Counted from the first letter of the stretch, positions 19,702-30,867 are shown. The stretch is 64,000 nt of DNA from an uncultured Eubacteriales bacterium (GCA_949840345.1 CATKWX010000002.1:39359-103358); one strand, 5' to 3'. Numbers and translations: made by a program. The notes: generated by a model from the letters alone, not told the origin.

Positions 19702-21408
19702 TTAATCTATATGGTTTCTAGGATATCTCCATCTCATACTTATATGGGGTTGAGATTCAGTTTTTTTAGTGCTTAAAAATTTAGGCTTTTTTTCTTTTGC
19801 CCAAATAGGTAAATTGAAATAAGCTGATGTACTTCTTGAATTGACATTTGTAAGAAAAGGCATTACATAAGGTACTCCGAAAGAAGTAAGGTTTGAAAGT
19901 GATAATAAAAGTATAAATAATCCTAATCCTATTCCTAAAAATCCGCCTATATATCCTAGGAAAATGTATACAAACCTTAAAATTCTAAATGTAAAATTTA
20001 AAGATAAATCTGGAATTGCAAAAGAGCATAAAGCTGTTAATGCAACAATTATTATTAGAATTGGGCTTACAATATTTGCTTTTACAGCTGCATCTCCTAA
20101 AATTAATGCACCTACTATACCCATTGTTGGACCAATAGGAGAAGGAACTCTAAGACCTGCTTCACGAAGTAATTCAAAAGATAATTCCATTAATAATAAT
20201 TCAAATATAATGGGGAAAGGAACTGATTCTCTAGAAGCTGCAATTGCAAATATTAGCTCTGTTGGTAGTAATTCTTGATGATAATTAGTAATAGCAACAT
20301 ATAATCCTGGTAAAAGTAATGCCAAAGCCGAAGCAAATAATCTAATTATTTTAGCTAAATTAGAAAATTGAAATTTTAAATTTACATCTTCAGGTGAAGC
20401 TAGAAAGTCATTTAAGATTCCAGGCATTATTAATACATAAGGCGAGCCGTTAACGATAACGATAACTTTACCATCTAAAAGAGAAGCTACAGCTTTGTCT
20501 GGTCTTTCAGAGGCGACTATTTGTGGAAACATATTGCTACTATTATCTTGAATTAATTGCTCTAATTGACCTGAAGACAATAAGGCATCTACTTCTATGT
20601 TATTTATTCTGTACTGTACTTCTGCAACTAAATCAGCATTTGCAATATTATTCATATAGCAAATAGCGACTTTAGTGTTACTAACTTTACCAACAGTAGA
20701 GTTTTCTATAATAAGATTTTCGTTATTTATTAATCTTCTAAGAATAGAGGTATTAGTTCTTAAAGTTTCAACAAATGCTTCTTGTGAACCTCTTACAATA
20801 ATTTCATTTTGAGGAGTTGAAATGCTTCTTTGTTTGAACCCTTTAACATCAACGCTATAAGCAACAGATATTGTATCAACGAATACAATACAGTTACCCA
20901 TATTAATATCAGAAATAACTTGCGAAAAGTCTTCGACGAGAGTTACTTTGTTTTGAGGCAATAGGCAATTAGATATGTGGTCTTCTAGACTAAACTCTTT
21001 TTTATCAGAAGAATCTTGTGTTATCTTAGGAGTTTTCTTCTGACAAGTATTTGTTTTATTTCTCAACATTAATGGCTTTAATATAAAATGATTGATACTA
21101 TCTGCATTTGTCATACCGTCAATATATATTAAAAATGCTTTAAAGCGTTTATCCATTGCAATTATATAAAATTCCCTAATATCAATATCACTATTAATAA
21201 GAGAATTATAACGAGCTTTAATATAATTTAAATTTTCATCAATAGAAGAATTAATTTTTTTCGAAACAGGGTCTAAAACGTCTTCTGTGTATGTGTTATC
21301 ATTAGTAGAATCTGCTAAAGAACCAACAGATGGTAGTGTGAAATCATAGTTAGAAGGTTGTTTGTAAGCAAAAAAATTTGTAAATTTGTTTAGAAATTTA
21401 TTACCCAT
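19702..21408 (-). CDS. Germinant receptor A subunit (GerA family)
   Basis: RGSQEAFVE, SERPDKA, ELLREAGLRVPSPIG, LGDAAVKA. Confidence 0.95.
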   Translation of the reverse strand: MGNKFLNKFTNFFAYKQPSNYDFTLPSVGSLADSTNDNTYTEDVLDPVSKKINSSIDENLNYIKARYNSLINSDIDIREFYIIAMDKRFKAFLIYIDGMTNADSINHFILKPLMLRNKTNTCQKKTPKITQDSSDKKEFSLEDHISNCLLPQNKVTLVEDFSQVISDINMGNCIVFVDTISVAYSVDVKGFKQRSISTPQNEIIVRGSQEAFVETLRTNTSILRRLINNENLIIENSTVGKVSNTKVAICYMNNIANADLVAEVQYRINNIEVDALLSSGQLEQLIQDNSSNMFPQIVASERPDKAVASLLDGKVIVIVNGSPYVLIMPGILNDFLASPEDVNLKFQFSNLAKIIRLFASALALLLPGLYVAITNYHQELLPTELIFAIAASRESVPFPIIFELLLMELSFELLREAGLRVPSPIGPTMGIVGALILGDAAVKANIVSPILIIIVALTALCSFAIPDLSLNFTFRILRFVYIFLGYIGGFLGIGLGLFILLLSLSNLTSFGVPYVMPFLTNVNSRSTSAYFNLPIWAKEKKPKFLSTKKTESQPHISMRWRYPRNHID

Positions 21409-21448
21409 TAAAATATCTCCTTGTTTTTATTGATATAATGTTGCTTTT

Positions 21449-21586
21449 GGACGACCAATGGTCGCCCCTACAAAAAACATATTGCAAAATCGTAGGGGCG
21501 ATTTTAATCGCCCGTTTGTTCTGTATTAGGAAAGTTTGACTTTTTCGTTGATATAATGCATATCGTAGGGGCGTAGACCAGCGCCC
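21449..21586. repeat. Cluster of three REP-like hairpins, one inverted
   Basis: GGACGACCAATGGTCGCCCCTAC; GTAGGGGCGATTTTAATCGCCCG; GTAGGGGCGTAGACCAGCGCCC. Confidence 0.8.
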
Positions 21587-21750
21587 TTATGTTCTTAATC
21601 AAATATATATTTTCCAATATAAATGGAAAATATACTAAAAAAAGGAATATTAATTAAAACAAGTTAATATACATTAATTAAAGTTTTATAGTACAAACAT
21701 TTTCCTAATATAAAAGATAATTGGTTTTGTACGGAAAGGATGATTTTTTT

Positions 21751-23229
21751 ATGGAAAATTTAGGAATATACGAAGATATTGCAACAAGAACAGACGGAGA
21801 TATATATGTAGGAGTAGTTGGACCAGTTAGAACAGGTAAATCAACATTCATAAAAAACTTTATGGATTTATTGGTTATACCTAATATAGAAAACACATAC
21901 AAGAAAGAACGTGCAAAAGATGAACTGCCACAAAGTGCTGCAGGCAGAACTGTAATGACTACAGAGCCAAAATTTGTGCCAAACGAAGCAATAGAAATAA
22001 CAATAGGAGAAAATTTAAAATTAAAAACACGTTTAGTAGATTGCGTAGGGTATCTAGTAAACAATGCTTTAGGTTATATGGAAGACGATGCTCCAAGAAT
22101 GGTAAAAACACCTTGGTCAACTGAAGAAATTCCATTTGAAACTGCTGCAGAAATAGGTACTAGAAAAGTTATAGAGGAGCATTCAACAATAGGAATATTA
22201 GTTACAACAGATGGAAGTATTACAGAAATTCCGAGAGAAGATTATATAGAAGCTGAAGAAAGGGTAGTAAGAGAATTAAAAGAACTAAACAAACCATTTG
22301 TAATTGTATTAAATACAGATAATCCGAATTCAGATAATGCAAAACAATTAGCAAAAGAGTTAGAAAATAAATATAATATACCGGTAATTCCAACTAATTG
22401 TGTAAACTTAGGAGAAGAAGATATAAACAATATATTTGGAAAAGTATTATATGAATTTCCAATAGAAAGAGTAAACATCAATTTACCAAGATGGATAGAA
22501 AGTTTAGATTATGAAAACCCATTAAAAGTAGAGCTATATAAAGAAATAAAAGAATCTTTTAAAGGAATAAAATTATTAAGAGAAATAAACGATGGTATAA
22601 GTGGAATTCAAAAAACAGAAATAATCCAAAAAACAACAGTAGAATCAATTAATCTAGGAAGTGGTTCTATAACAGTTGACATTACAATGAAAGAGGAATT
22701 ATTCTACAAAGTACTAACAGAAATATCTGGTGTAGAAGTACAAAACGAAGGAGATTTATTTGTAACAATAACTCAAATGGCAAAAGTGAAAAAAGAATAT
22801 GACAAAATTGCATGTGCATTAGATGAGGTAAAGAGAAAAGGTTATGGTATAGTAACCCCTTCAATGGATGAGCTAATACTAGATGAGCCAGAAATGGTAA
22901 AACAAGGCTCAAGATATGGTGTTAAATTAAAGGCAAAAGCGCCATCAATACATATGATAAGGGCAGAAATAGAAACAGAAGTATCTCCAATAGTTGGAAG
23001 TGAGAAACAGTCAGAGGAATTAGTAAATTCTCTATTATCAGATTTTGCAAGCGACCCACTAAAAATATGGGAATCAAATATATTCGGAAAAAGTTTACAC
23101 GAGCTAGTAAATGAAGGCTTACAAAATAAATTATACAAAATGCCAGAAGATGCTCAAAGTAAGCTACAAGAGACATTAGAAAGAATAATAAACGAAGGAA
23201 GCGGAGGACTAATTTGTATAATACTATAA
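21751..23229 (+). CDS. spoIVA: Stage IV sporulation protein A
   Basis: YVGVVGPVRTGKSTFIK, DELPQS, TTEPKFVP, C-terminal NEGSGGLICIIL. Confidence 0.97.
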   Translation: MENLGIYEDIATRTDGDIYVGVVGPVRTGKSTFIKNFMDLLVIPNIENTYKKERAKDELPQSAAGRTVMTTEPKFVPNEAIEITIGENLKLKTRLVDCVGYLVNNALGYMEDDAPRMVKTPWSTEEIPFETAAEIGTRKVIEEHSTIGILVTTDGSITEIPREDYIEAEERVVRELKELNKPFVIVLNTDNPNSDNAKQLAKELENKYNIPVIPTNCVNLGEEDINNIFGKVLYEFPIERVNINLPRWIESLDYENPLKVELYKEIKESFKGIKLLREINDGISGIQKTEIIQKTTVESINLGSGSITVDITMKEELFYKVLTEISGVEVQNEGDLFVTITQMAKVKKEYDKIACALDEVKRKGYGIVTPSMDELILDEPEMVKQGSRYGVKLKAKAPSIHMIRAEIETEVSPIVGSEKQSEELVNSLLSDFASDPLKIWESNIFGKSLHELVNEGLQNKLYKMPEDAQSKLQETLERIINEGSGGLICIIL

Positions 23230-23291
23230 TAAAAATAAAAGGAGTTCTGTTAAATGAACTCCTTTTTGGTCAGTGTAAAGTTAAGTCAATT

Positions 23292-23918
23292 TTATTTGTA
23301 ATAGCACTCATAATAGCGCTCGTAGCCATTCAATGGAATGGGATGGTGACCTTTAAAGAATGCTTCTTGAACTTTTTCATCAGAGGACAAGTCAGAATAT
23401 AATTTAAAGTCTTTATTAATGCTACCGTTATGGATTGCTTCAATAAATTCTATAGCTATACTTAGCATATATTCAGATCGCTTTGTTTGCTCTCCTTCAA
23501 AGAAATTGTCCTCTTCAAGAACAGTTAAAGAGCTTGGAAACTCAGAATTCACATAATCCTCATCTGAAATTTCTTTTTTGAGTATCAAAGAAAGTAGTTC
23601 GTATTCTGTCTTACTTATCTGACAATCCGCAGGATATTTTGACTGGTTATTCCAGTAATAATCAACAAATCCAATTGTTTCTTTCAATCTTAATGTAGCA
23701 TTAAATACAAGTACAATTGATTTAATAAATTCTTGGATTGCGACATAAGGAAGTTGCCAGCCGTCGGGACTTAACTCTAAAGCCAGCTCAGCCTCTTCTT
23801 TACTCCGTGAATAATGACAATCGAGTAATTGATAGTAAAACTCGGCCATGTCACGACTTTTAAAGAGGTCGTCTAAAGGTATGCCTTTAAGAGGCGTTCC
23901 ATCGTCAAAATCATACAT
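23292..23918 (-). CDS. Orphan acidic hypothetical protein
   Basis: 208-aa ORF, AGGAGG RBS, atypical codon usage including in-frame CGG at 23807. Confidence 0.65.
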   Translation of the reverse strand: MYDFDDGTPLKGIPLDDLFKSRDMAEFYYQLLDCHYSRSKEEAELALELSPDGWQLPYVAIQEFIKSIVLVFNATLRLKETIGFVDYYWNNQSKYPADCQISKTEYELLSLILKKEISDEDYVNSEFPSSLTVLEEDNFFEGEQTKRSEYMLSIAIEFIEAIHNGSINKDFKLYSDLSSDEKVQEAFFKGHHPIPLNGYERYYECYYK

Positions 23919-24155
23919 AGGCTAATCCTCCTAATAGTTATTATAATTGGATATTTACTAAATCTAGCGACTGACCAACACTAGATATACTTCTGTATCA
24001 GAAGTTTAATAATTATTTTATCATATGTTTACGTAAAATACAATAATTTATAATTGCATTAATATAAGAAATATGATATAAGCATAGTGTTATTCAAAAT
24101 GGAAATAGTGGTTTTACAATTGAGCCATTAAAATGATTTAAGTGGGGGCGTACTT

Positions 24156-24437
24156 ATGGAAAATAAAATAGAAGAAATGCCGATTGATGTAAAGGCATTA
24201 GAAGATTTTTTATTATATATTAAATTTCAAAATGGTGAAGAAAAAATATATGATATGAAAGAAATGTTAAAATTTGATTATTATAAAAATTTAAGAAATA
24301 AAGAAAATTTTAAAACAGTGAAAGTTTTTGGGATAACTTTAAAATGGAATACTGGTAAAGATATCGCACCAGAGAAAATATATTTTAATAGTATTCCAAT
24401 AAGTGAATTTAATTCTGAAATTAAAGAAATGAAATAA
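24156..24437 (+). CDS. DUF2442-like protein
   Basis: DVKALEDFLLYIKFQNGEEKIYDM...W..G.DIAPE pattern. Confidence 0.75.
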   Translation: MENKIEEMPIDVKALEDFLLYIKFQNGEEKIYDMKEMLKFDYYKNLRNKENFKTVKVFGITLKWNTGKDIAPEKIYFNSIPISEFNSEIKEMK

Positions 24438-24485
24438 GGTAGGGGCACGCCGTTGGCGTGTCCCTTAGATGTTGCCACCATTTTT

Positions 24486-24722
24486 TTAGTCCTTTTCTAT
24501 TAGCATATCCAAGCTAACTCCAAGAGCAACCGAAATTTTATAGAATGTCTCAACAGAAAAGTTATAAGCTGTTTTTTCGCTTTCTATTTGTCTTATAAAA
24601 TCGTGAGATAATCCCACTAATTCAGCAAGTTCTGCTGATGTTATTTGCTTTTGACGTCTATACTTTTTTATATTCTTTCTAATAGTATCATAAATGTGTT
24701 TATCAAATTTTAATTTTTCCAT
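24486..24722 (-). CDS. XRE-family HTH regulator
   Basis: NIKKYRRQKQITSAELAELVGLSHDFIRQIES. Confidence 0.85.
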   Translation of the reverse strand: MEKLKFDKHIYDTIRKNIKKYRRQKQITSAELAELVGLSHDFIRQIESEKTAYNFSVETFYKISVALGVSLDMLIEKD

Positions 24723-24867
24723 AACTTTAAAACCTCCTAGAAGTATTGTAGTGTAGTAACTCACAAAAGTATGTTAGGTAATACCTAATAAAATTTACGA
24801 AAAGTATTGAAATATACAAATATTTGTAGTATCATTTTTTTAGTTAAAAGAGAAAGGAGTTTTTTTA

Positions 24868-25893
24868 ATGAACAAAAAATTTATATGGATAGGATGTGGC
24901 GTTTTAGCTATTATTATAATTATTGTAGGAGTTGTAACTTTAAATGGTAATGCTAAAGGACCAGATAGCATAATTAAGAAATATTGCGATATATTAAAAA
25001 ACGGTAATTATGGGGATATAATAGATATTGCATATTTCCCAGAAGGTGAGCTTATTACAAAGGAAAAATTAGAAGAAAAGAAAAAACAATATTTTGAAGA
25101 AATGAGAAATAGTAATACAACAAATGTAACAAAATATGAGTATTCTAAGGTAAATGAAGATGATGAAAAAATTAGTTACAAAGTAGTTTTAAATGGAACA
25201 GATGTAAAAAATATTGATTTACTAAAATCAGAAAATAAATTAATTGTAGATGATTTATATGAAGAAAGAAGTCTAAAGGTTAAGGTAGATTCTAAAGTTA
25301 TTGTAGATGGTGTAGAGTTAACCAAGAAAACAGCTGTAGACGATTATTTTGATTCTTATAATTTTATTGCTATAAAGGGTGTTAATTATGATGTAAAAAT
25401 AACACATACATACTTAAAAGATATAGATACAAATTTAGATTTCGAAAGCGAATTCGACAGTAGATATTATTATGAAGGATTTGGCAGTTGTAAAACTGAA
25501 ATTGACGAGCAGTTTAATAAAGATATAGAAGAAATTTTTAGAGGTATAATTAGATATTATCAACAAGGTGGAGATTCAAGCACTTTAGATAAATATTTTG
25601 TTAATAATAATGCAAGTGAATTTCTTACAGAGATGAAGGATAACTTTTATATTTATGGAAATCCACGATATGTAGATAATTACAAATTTTATACTGATTT
25701 TTATAATTCAAAAGAAATTAAAGGAAGACCAGCAGGTATTTCAATGTACTATGGAGAAGGGTCAGGCAAAGCTGGAATAAGTTTTAAAGATAAAGAATCT
25801 AATTGGGAAGAAGGTTGCTTAAGCTTATCATTTAATAATATAGTATTTGTTTTAGAAGATGGAAAATTTAAAATAATAAGTTGGGAACCTTAA
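24868..25893 (+). CDS. Membrane-anchored extracellular hypothetical protein
   Basis: N-terminal TM helix, GAAAGGAG RBS. Confidence 0.75.
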   Translation: MNKKFIWIGCGVLAIIIIIVGVVTLNGNAKGPDSIIKKYCDILKNGNYGDIIDIAYFPEGELITKEKLEEKKKQYFEEMRNSNTTNVTKYEYSKVNEDDEKISYKVVLNGTDVKNIDLLKSENKLIVDDLYEERSLKVKVDSKVIVDGVELTKKTAVDDYFDSYNFIAIKGVNYDVKITHTYLKDIDTNLDFESEFDSRYYYEGFGSCKTEIDEQFNKDIEEIFRGIIRYYQQGGDSSTLDKYFVNNNASEFLTEMKDNFYIYGNPRYVDNYKFYTDFYNSKEIKGRPAGISMYYGEGSGKAGISFKDKESNWEEGCLSLSFNNIVFVLEDGKFKIISWEP

Positions 25894-25952
25894 ATGTAGG
25901 AGGAATTAAAATGGGATTAAATTGATATATTGTAAAAACAAGAAGTGTATTA

Positions 25953-26576
25953 CTATTGCACTTCTTGTTTTTTACTTTCTATTAACAATTTTATTGTTTC
26001 ATATAAATATGGTTTAAATTCGCTAATTGAAAGAGGCTCTTTGTATAGAATAGAATTAAAGCAAGTAGAACTTACTAATTCTATTATCATATATAATGTA
26101 ACCTCTGGATTTTTTATATTTTCTTTCTCTGCACCTTTTAAAAATAGCTGATAAACTCCATCTTCTTTGTTTTCTGTTTGTTCATATAACTTTAAAACGG
26201 TTTTACTATAAATTCCCCATGATAAATTTTTAGATATGAATTTTAGTAAAGTAGGAGTTTTTGCTAATTCATCAATTACGTAATTAACTATAAAAATGAC
26301 TTGGTCAGATAAATCATAGATATAACTTTTCCTTAACTCCTTTAGTGCATCATTAAAAAGTTTGTGAGATTTTTTTGCAATTAATATATCTCTAATTTCA
26401 TATTTATCTTTAAAGTAAAGATAAAATGTACCTTTTGCTACATTTGCATTATCAACTATCTCCTGAATAGATGTGTCTTTTATTCCTTTTTCAGTAAATA
26501 GCTTAAAGGCAGTATCTAATAATCTAAATTCTTTGTTATTTTCTTCGTTTTCATTGTTAATATTTTTACTTTTCAT
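25953..26576 (-). CDS. TetR/AcrR family regulator
   Basis: AFKLFTEKGIKDTSIQEIVDNANVAKGTFYLYFKDK. Confidence 0.93.
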   Translation of the reverse strand: MKSKNINNENEENNKEFRLLDTAFKLFTEKGIKDTSIQEIVDNANVAKGTFYLYFKDKYEIRDILIAKKSHKLFNDALKELRKSYIYDLSDQVIFIVNYVIDELAKTPTLLKFISKNLSWGIYSKTVLKLYEQTENKEDGVYQLFLKGAEKENIKNPEVTLYMIIELVSSTCFNSILYKEPLSISEFKPYLYETIKLLIESKKQEVQ

Positions 26577-26611
26577 ACTAATTCTCCTACAAACAAATTA
26601 TGACACATTTT

Positions 26612-26945
26612 AGACGATTGGTCAATAATTTTACAATATTTTTTGAAATAAAGCATCACAGTTTAGAATAAACAAATGATATACATTTCGTTAATAAGGG
26701 GTATATCACAATTACTTTCGGCAAACCTTGCCCCCTTTACTTAAAGGGGGTGGCACGTAGTGTCGGGGGATTTTAAAAAGGAATATAACAAAAAGAACCC
26801 TCAGTCTCCTTCGGAGACAGCTCCCTTGAATAAGGGAGCCAAGAATAGTAATTGTTACTATCTACAATAAATTAAAAGAATTTTTCAAAAACATATTGAC
26901 TATTGGTCAGTGACGTTGTATAATATCAAAAGTGACCAATGGTCA
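26612..26945. promoter_or_regulatory. Three putative TetR operators (TGAC-N5-GTCA) over divergent promoters
   Basis: AGACGATTGGTCA 26612, TGACTATTGGTCA 26897, TGACCAATGGTCA 26933; two overlap -35 boxes. Confidence 0.75.
26708..26856. repeat. GC-rich multi-hairpin intergenic element
   Basis: CCCCCTTT..AAAGGGGG, GTCTCC-TTCG-GAGAC and GCTCCCTT..AAGGGAGC, flanked by ACAATTACT/AGTAATTGT. Confidence 0.6.
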
Positions 26946-26964
26946 TTAAAGAAAGGAGAAGATT

Positions 26965-29034
26965 ATGCAAAAGTTTGGAGAGTTTATTTGTAAACACAGA
27001 AAAGCTATTCTTATAATAGCACTAGTATTATTAATTCCATCATTAATAGGAATGAAAGTAACAAGAATAAACTATGACATATTAGTTTATCTTCCAGAAG
27101 ATATAGAAACAATAAAAGGAGAAAATATACTATCAGAAGATTTTAATATGGGAGCATTTTCTGTTGTAATACTAGAAAATATGAAAACTAAAGATATTAT
27201 TAACCTACAAGAGAAAATAAAAAATATAGATAATGTAGATAAAGCAGTAAGTATTGCAGATATTGTAGGCTCTGGAATTCCAATAGAGATGATACCAGAA
27301 AATTTAAGAGAAACAATTTATAAAGAAAATTCTACGATAATGCTAGTTACATTTAAAGATGCAATATCATCAGATACAACATTAAAAACAATAGAAGAAT
27401 TAAGAGAAATTACAGATGAGAATTGTAAAATTAGTGGTATGTCTGCAACAGTTTTAGACACAAGGGATTTGTCTGATTCCGAAATAGCAATATATGTTGT
27501 AATAGCGGTTTTATTATGCTTATTAGTATTAGAGCTTGCACTTGATTCATATATAGTACCCATATTACTACTATCAAATATTGGTATAGCAGTTCTTTAC
27601 AATATGGGAACAAATATATTCTTAGGGCAAATTTCATATATAACAAAGGCAATTAGCGCCGTATTACAATTAGGTGTAACAATGGATTTTGCAATATTCT
27701 TATACCATAGTTATATGCAAGAAAAGAAGTTGCAGCCAGATATGTATAAGGCAATGGCACAAGCAATATCAAAAACATTGGTTTCTGTAGTTGGAAGTTC
27801 GCTTACAACTATTGCAGGATTTTTAGCATTATGCAGTATGAATCTTACACTTGGAAAAGATATTGGTTTAGTTATGGCAAAAGGAGTATTACTAGGAGTA
27901 GTATGTGTAGTTACAATACTTCCTGCCATGATACTTGAACTAAATAGCTTAATAGAAAAAACAAAACATAAAGAAATATTACCTGAATTTAATACAGTAA
28001 AAAATTGGATTGTTAAGCATTATAAAATAATAATATTAATATTTGTAATTATTTTACCAATTGCGTTATATGGATATAACAATACAAAAATTTACTATAA
28101 TCTAGATAAATCGTTACCTAAAAACTTAAAAAGTGTAGAAGCAAATACTGAATTAAAAGAAAAATTTAATATGGTATCAATGGAGATTTTATTAGTAGAT
28201 AAAGACATTGACGATTATAAATTAAATGAAATGATGGAAAAAATAGATGAAGTAGAAGGTATTGAATGGGTTATAGGATATCCTAAAATTGCAAGTTTAG
28301 GAATACCAAAAGAGATTTTACCAGAAGATATTCTAAGTATATTCCAAAGTGACAAATATCAATTAATACTAATAAATTCTAAATATGAGATGGCAACAGA
28401 TGAATTAAATAGTCAAATTGAGAAAGTAAATGAAATTGTAAAACAATATGATAATACTGCAATACTTGCAGGAGAAGGACCTTTAATGAAGGATTTAGTA
28501 GAGATAAGTAATCACGACTTTAATAGTGTAAATACAGTTTCAATAGCTATAATATTTATACTAATGATATTTGTACTAAAATCAATATCTTTACCAGTTA
28601 TATTAATACTAGTTATAGAGTTTGCAATATTTATAAATATGGGAATTCCATATTATACAAATACAGTATTACCTTTTGTTGCATCAATAGTAATTGGAAC
28701 AATCCAATTAGGAGCAACAATAGATTATGCAATTTTAATAACGACTAAATATATAGCAAATAGAAAAGACGGCAAAGATAAGAAAATGGCAATAAATGAA
28801 ACTTTGGGAACTTCAATAAGTTCAATAGTGGTAAGCGGATTATGTTTCTTTGGAGCTACTTTTGGAGTAGGTGCATATTCAAAAATAGAAATGATAGGTT
28901 CACTATGCACATTAATGTCTAGAGGAGCAATAATAAGTATGATTTCAGTTATTTTTGCATTGCCAGCATTCTTGCTTATTTTCGATAAATTAATTTGCAA
29001 AACAACAGCCAAAATGAAGAATGTGAGAAATTAA
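26965..29034 (+). CDS. MMPL/RND family transporter
   Basis: Two RND halves with LQLGVTMDFAIFL and IQLGATIDYAIL. Confidence 0.92.
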   Translation: MQKFGEFICKHRKAILIIALVLLIPSLIGMKVTRINYDILVYLPEDIETIKGENILSEDFNMGAFSVVILENMKTKDIINLQEKIKNIDNVDKAVSIADIVGSGIPIEMIPENLRETIYKENSTIMLVTFKDAISSDTTLKTIEELREITDENCKISGMSATVLDTRDLSDSEIAIYVVIAVLLCLLVLELALDSYIVPILLLSNIGIAVLYNMGTNIFLGQISYITKAISAVLQLGVTMDFAIFLYHSYMQEKKLQPDMYKAMAQAISKTLVSVVGSSLTTIAGFLALCSMNLTLGKDIGLVMAKGVLLGVVCVVTILPAMILELNSLIEKTKHKEILPEFNTVKNWIVKHYKIIILIFVIILPIALYGYNNTKIYYNLDKSLPKNLKSVEANTELKEKFNMVSMEILLVDKDIDDYKLNEMMEKIDEVEGIEWVIGYPKIASLGIPKEILPEDILSIFQSDKYQLILINSKYEMATDELNSQIEKVNEIVKQYDNTAILAGEGPLMKDLVEISNHDFNSVNTVSIAIIFILMIFVLKSISLPVILILVIEFAIFINMGIPYYTNTVLPFVASIVIGTIQLGATIDYAILITTKYIANRKDGKDKKMAINETLGTSISSIVVSGLCFFGATFGVGAYSKIEMIGSLCTLMSRGAIISMISVIFALPAFLLIFDKLICKTTAKMKNVRN

Positions 29035-29137
29035 GTTAAATATATACATCCAAGATAGAAATGAATAAACGTAGGGGCGACAAGAAAGTCGTCCGCACTT
29101 CGAAGGAATACTTAAAAAAGAAAGGAATTGATTATAT

Positions 29138-30832
29138 ATGAAAAAATTTTTTATGAAAAAAGTAATACCAATAATGCTTTTAACAACACTTATATCATAT
29201 ACAGCGCCAGTTTTTGCTGTTACAAAAGATGAAACAGTATATACTAAACTAAATGTAAAGGGAGAACAATATAAAACAATAGTAAGCACTGAGCTTAAAA
29301 ATGAAAACAACTTAGAAAAAATAGTAGACTTAACAAATCTTTTAAATATAGAAAATACAAGTGGAGATGAAACTTTTTCTAAAGATGGAGATACCTTAAT
29401 TTGGGATGCAAAAGGAAACGACATATATTATCAAGGAGAAACTGAAGCAAAACTTCCAATAGAGCTAGAAATAAAATATAAATTAAATGGCGAAGAAATA
29501 TCAGCTAAAGACATTGAGGGAAAAAGTGGAAAAGTAACAATAAAATTAGAATATAAAAATAATGATGAACACATAGTTAATGTTAATGGAAGAAGTGAAA
29601 AGATGTATACACCATTTTTGCTTGTATCTGGAACAATTTTGAGAAATAGTAATAACAAAAATATAGAAGTAACTAATGGAAAAGTAATTAATGATGGCAC
29701 GAAAAGTATAATAATAGGAATTGCTTTGCCGGGACTTCAAGAAAGCTTAGGTGTGTCTAAAGATACAATAAATATTCCATCAGGTATGGAAATAAATATG
29801 AATGCAATAGATTTTGAGCTAGATAGCATTATTACATTTGCAACACCAAAACTTTTAGATGAGGAAGATTCAAATTTAACTGCAGAAATGAAAGAATTAA
29901 GCAGTAAAATTAGTTTAATAAGAGAAGCAACTGAAAAATTAAAAACAGGAGCAGATACTTTAAAAAATGGAACTGAAGATTATAGCCAAAAATCAGAACT
30001 ATTTAATGGTAAAATGGAAGAACTACAAAACGGAGTAGGTTATATAAATAATCAATATACAACCTTAGATACAGGAATAAATACTGTAAATAATAGTACT
30101 TCTCTTATACAAAATGGTGCAGAGCAAATTTACAATGGAGTACAAGAATTACCAAGCATGCTTGGAGAACTAGTTACAGGACTAGATACAGCTAGTACAA
30201 CTTTAAGAGGAATAGAAGACACACAAGAAAAAATACTTTTAAGTGAAACAGAAATAAACGCAATAGTTACTGCAATAAGCAATGATACTACAATAGATGC
30301 AACTACAAAAACAGCATTAATTACAAAAATAAAAACGCAAAATGCAACATTACAAAAAACTAATGAGGGTATAATTGGAGTAGCAACGGGAATAGAAACA
30401 GCTAAAGACACAATTACAGCTAATAATCAGAAAATAAGTAGTTTAATAGATGGTGTAACACAGATTTATAATGGAACATCTGAATTATCAAAAGGAACAG
30501 CAAATCTTGCTAAGGGTTCAAACAAGGTAAAGGAAGGATTAAATACATTAAATTCATCAACTGTAGCTTTAAAAAGTGCAGATGATGCTTTAACTCAAGG
30601 TGCAAAAACGATTTCAGCAGGCGCAAGTGAGTTATATGAAGGAATTGAAACATTTAATAATGAAATAAATAAATATTTAAATGGGGCAATTAACCAAGTG
30701 GCTATAAGAGCTGAAAAGCTAGTAATGTTATCTGAAGAATATAATAATTTTACTAAAATAAACGAACAATCAAAAGGCAAAGTTAAATTCATAATGATGA
30801 CGGACAGTTTGAAAAAAGAAGAGGAGCAATAA
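29138..30832 (+). CDS. Secreted coiled-coil protein with x-x-x-L-x-x-G heptads (YhgE/Pip-like MMPL partner)
   Basis: Signal peptide, KDETVY, GKSGKVTI, repeated L..GA..L..G. Confidence 0.8.
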   Translation: MKKFFMKKVIPIMLLTTLISYTAPVFAVTKDETVYTKLNVKGEQYKTIVSTELKNENNLEKIVDLTNLLNIENTSGDETFSKDGDTLIWDAKGNDIYYQGETEAKLPIELEIKYKLNGEEISAKDIEGKSGKVTIKLEYKNNDEHIVNVNGRSEKMYTPFLLVSGTILRNSNNKNIEVTNGKVINDGTKSIIIGIALPGLQESLGVSKDTINIPSGMEINMNAIDFELDSIITFATPKLLDEEDSNLTAEMKELSSKISLIREATEKLKTGADTLKNGTEDYSQKSELFNGKMEELQNGVGYINNQYTTLDTGINTVNNSTSLIQNGAEQIYNGVQELPSMLGELVTGLDTASTTLRGIEDTQEKILLSETEINAIVTAISNDTTIDATTKTALITKIKTQNATLQKTNEGIIGVATGIETAKDTITANNQKISSLIDGVTQIYNGTSELSKGTANLAKGSNKVKEGLNTLNSSTVALKSADDALTQGAKTISAGASELYEGIETFNNEINKYLNGAINQVAIRAEKLVMLSEEYNNFTKINEQSKGKVKFIMMTDSLKKEEEQ

Positions 30833-30867
30833 CAATGTATTATTTTAATTAAAATATGAAAAAATGC

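Noticed and set aside
23292-25893. Prophage remnant
   Set aside because: Only an orphan, a DUF2442-like gene, an HTH regulator and a membrane protein; no integrase, structural genes or att repeats seen.
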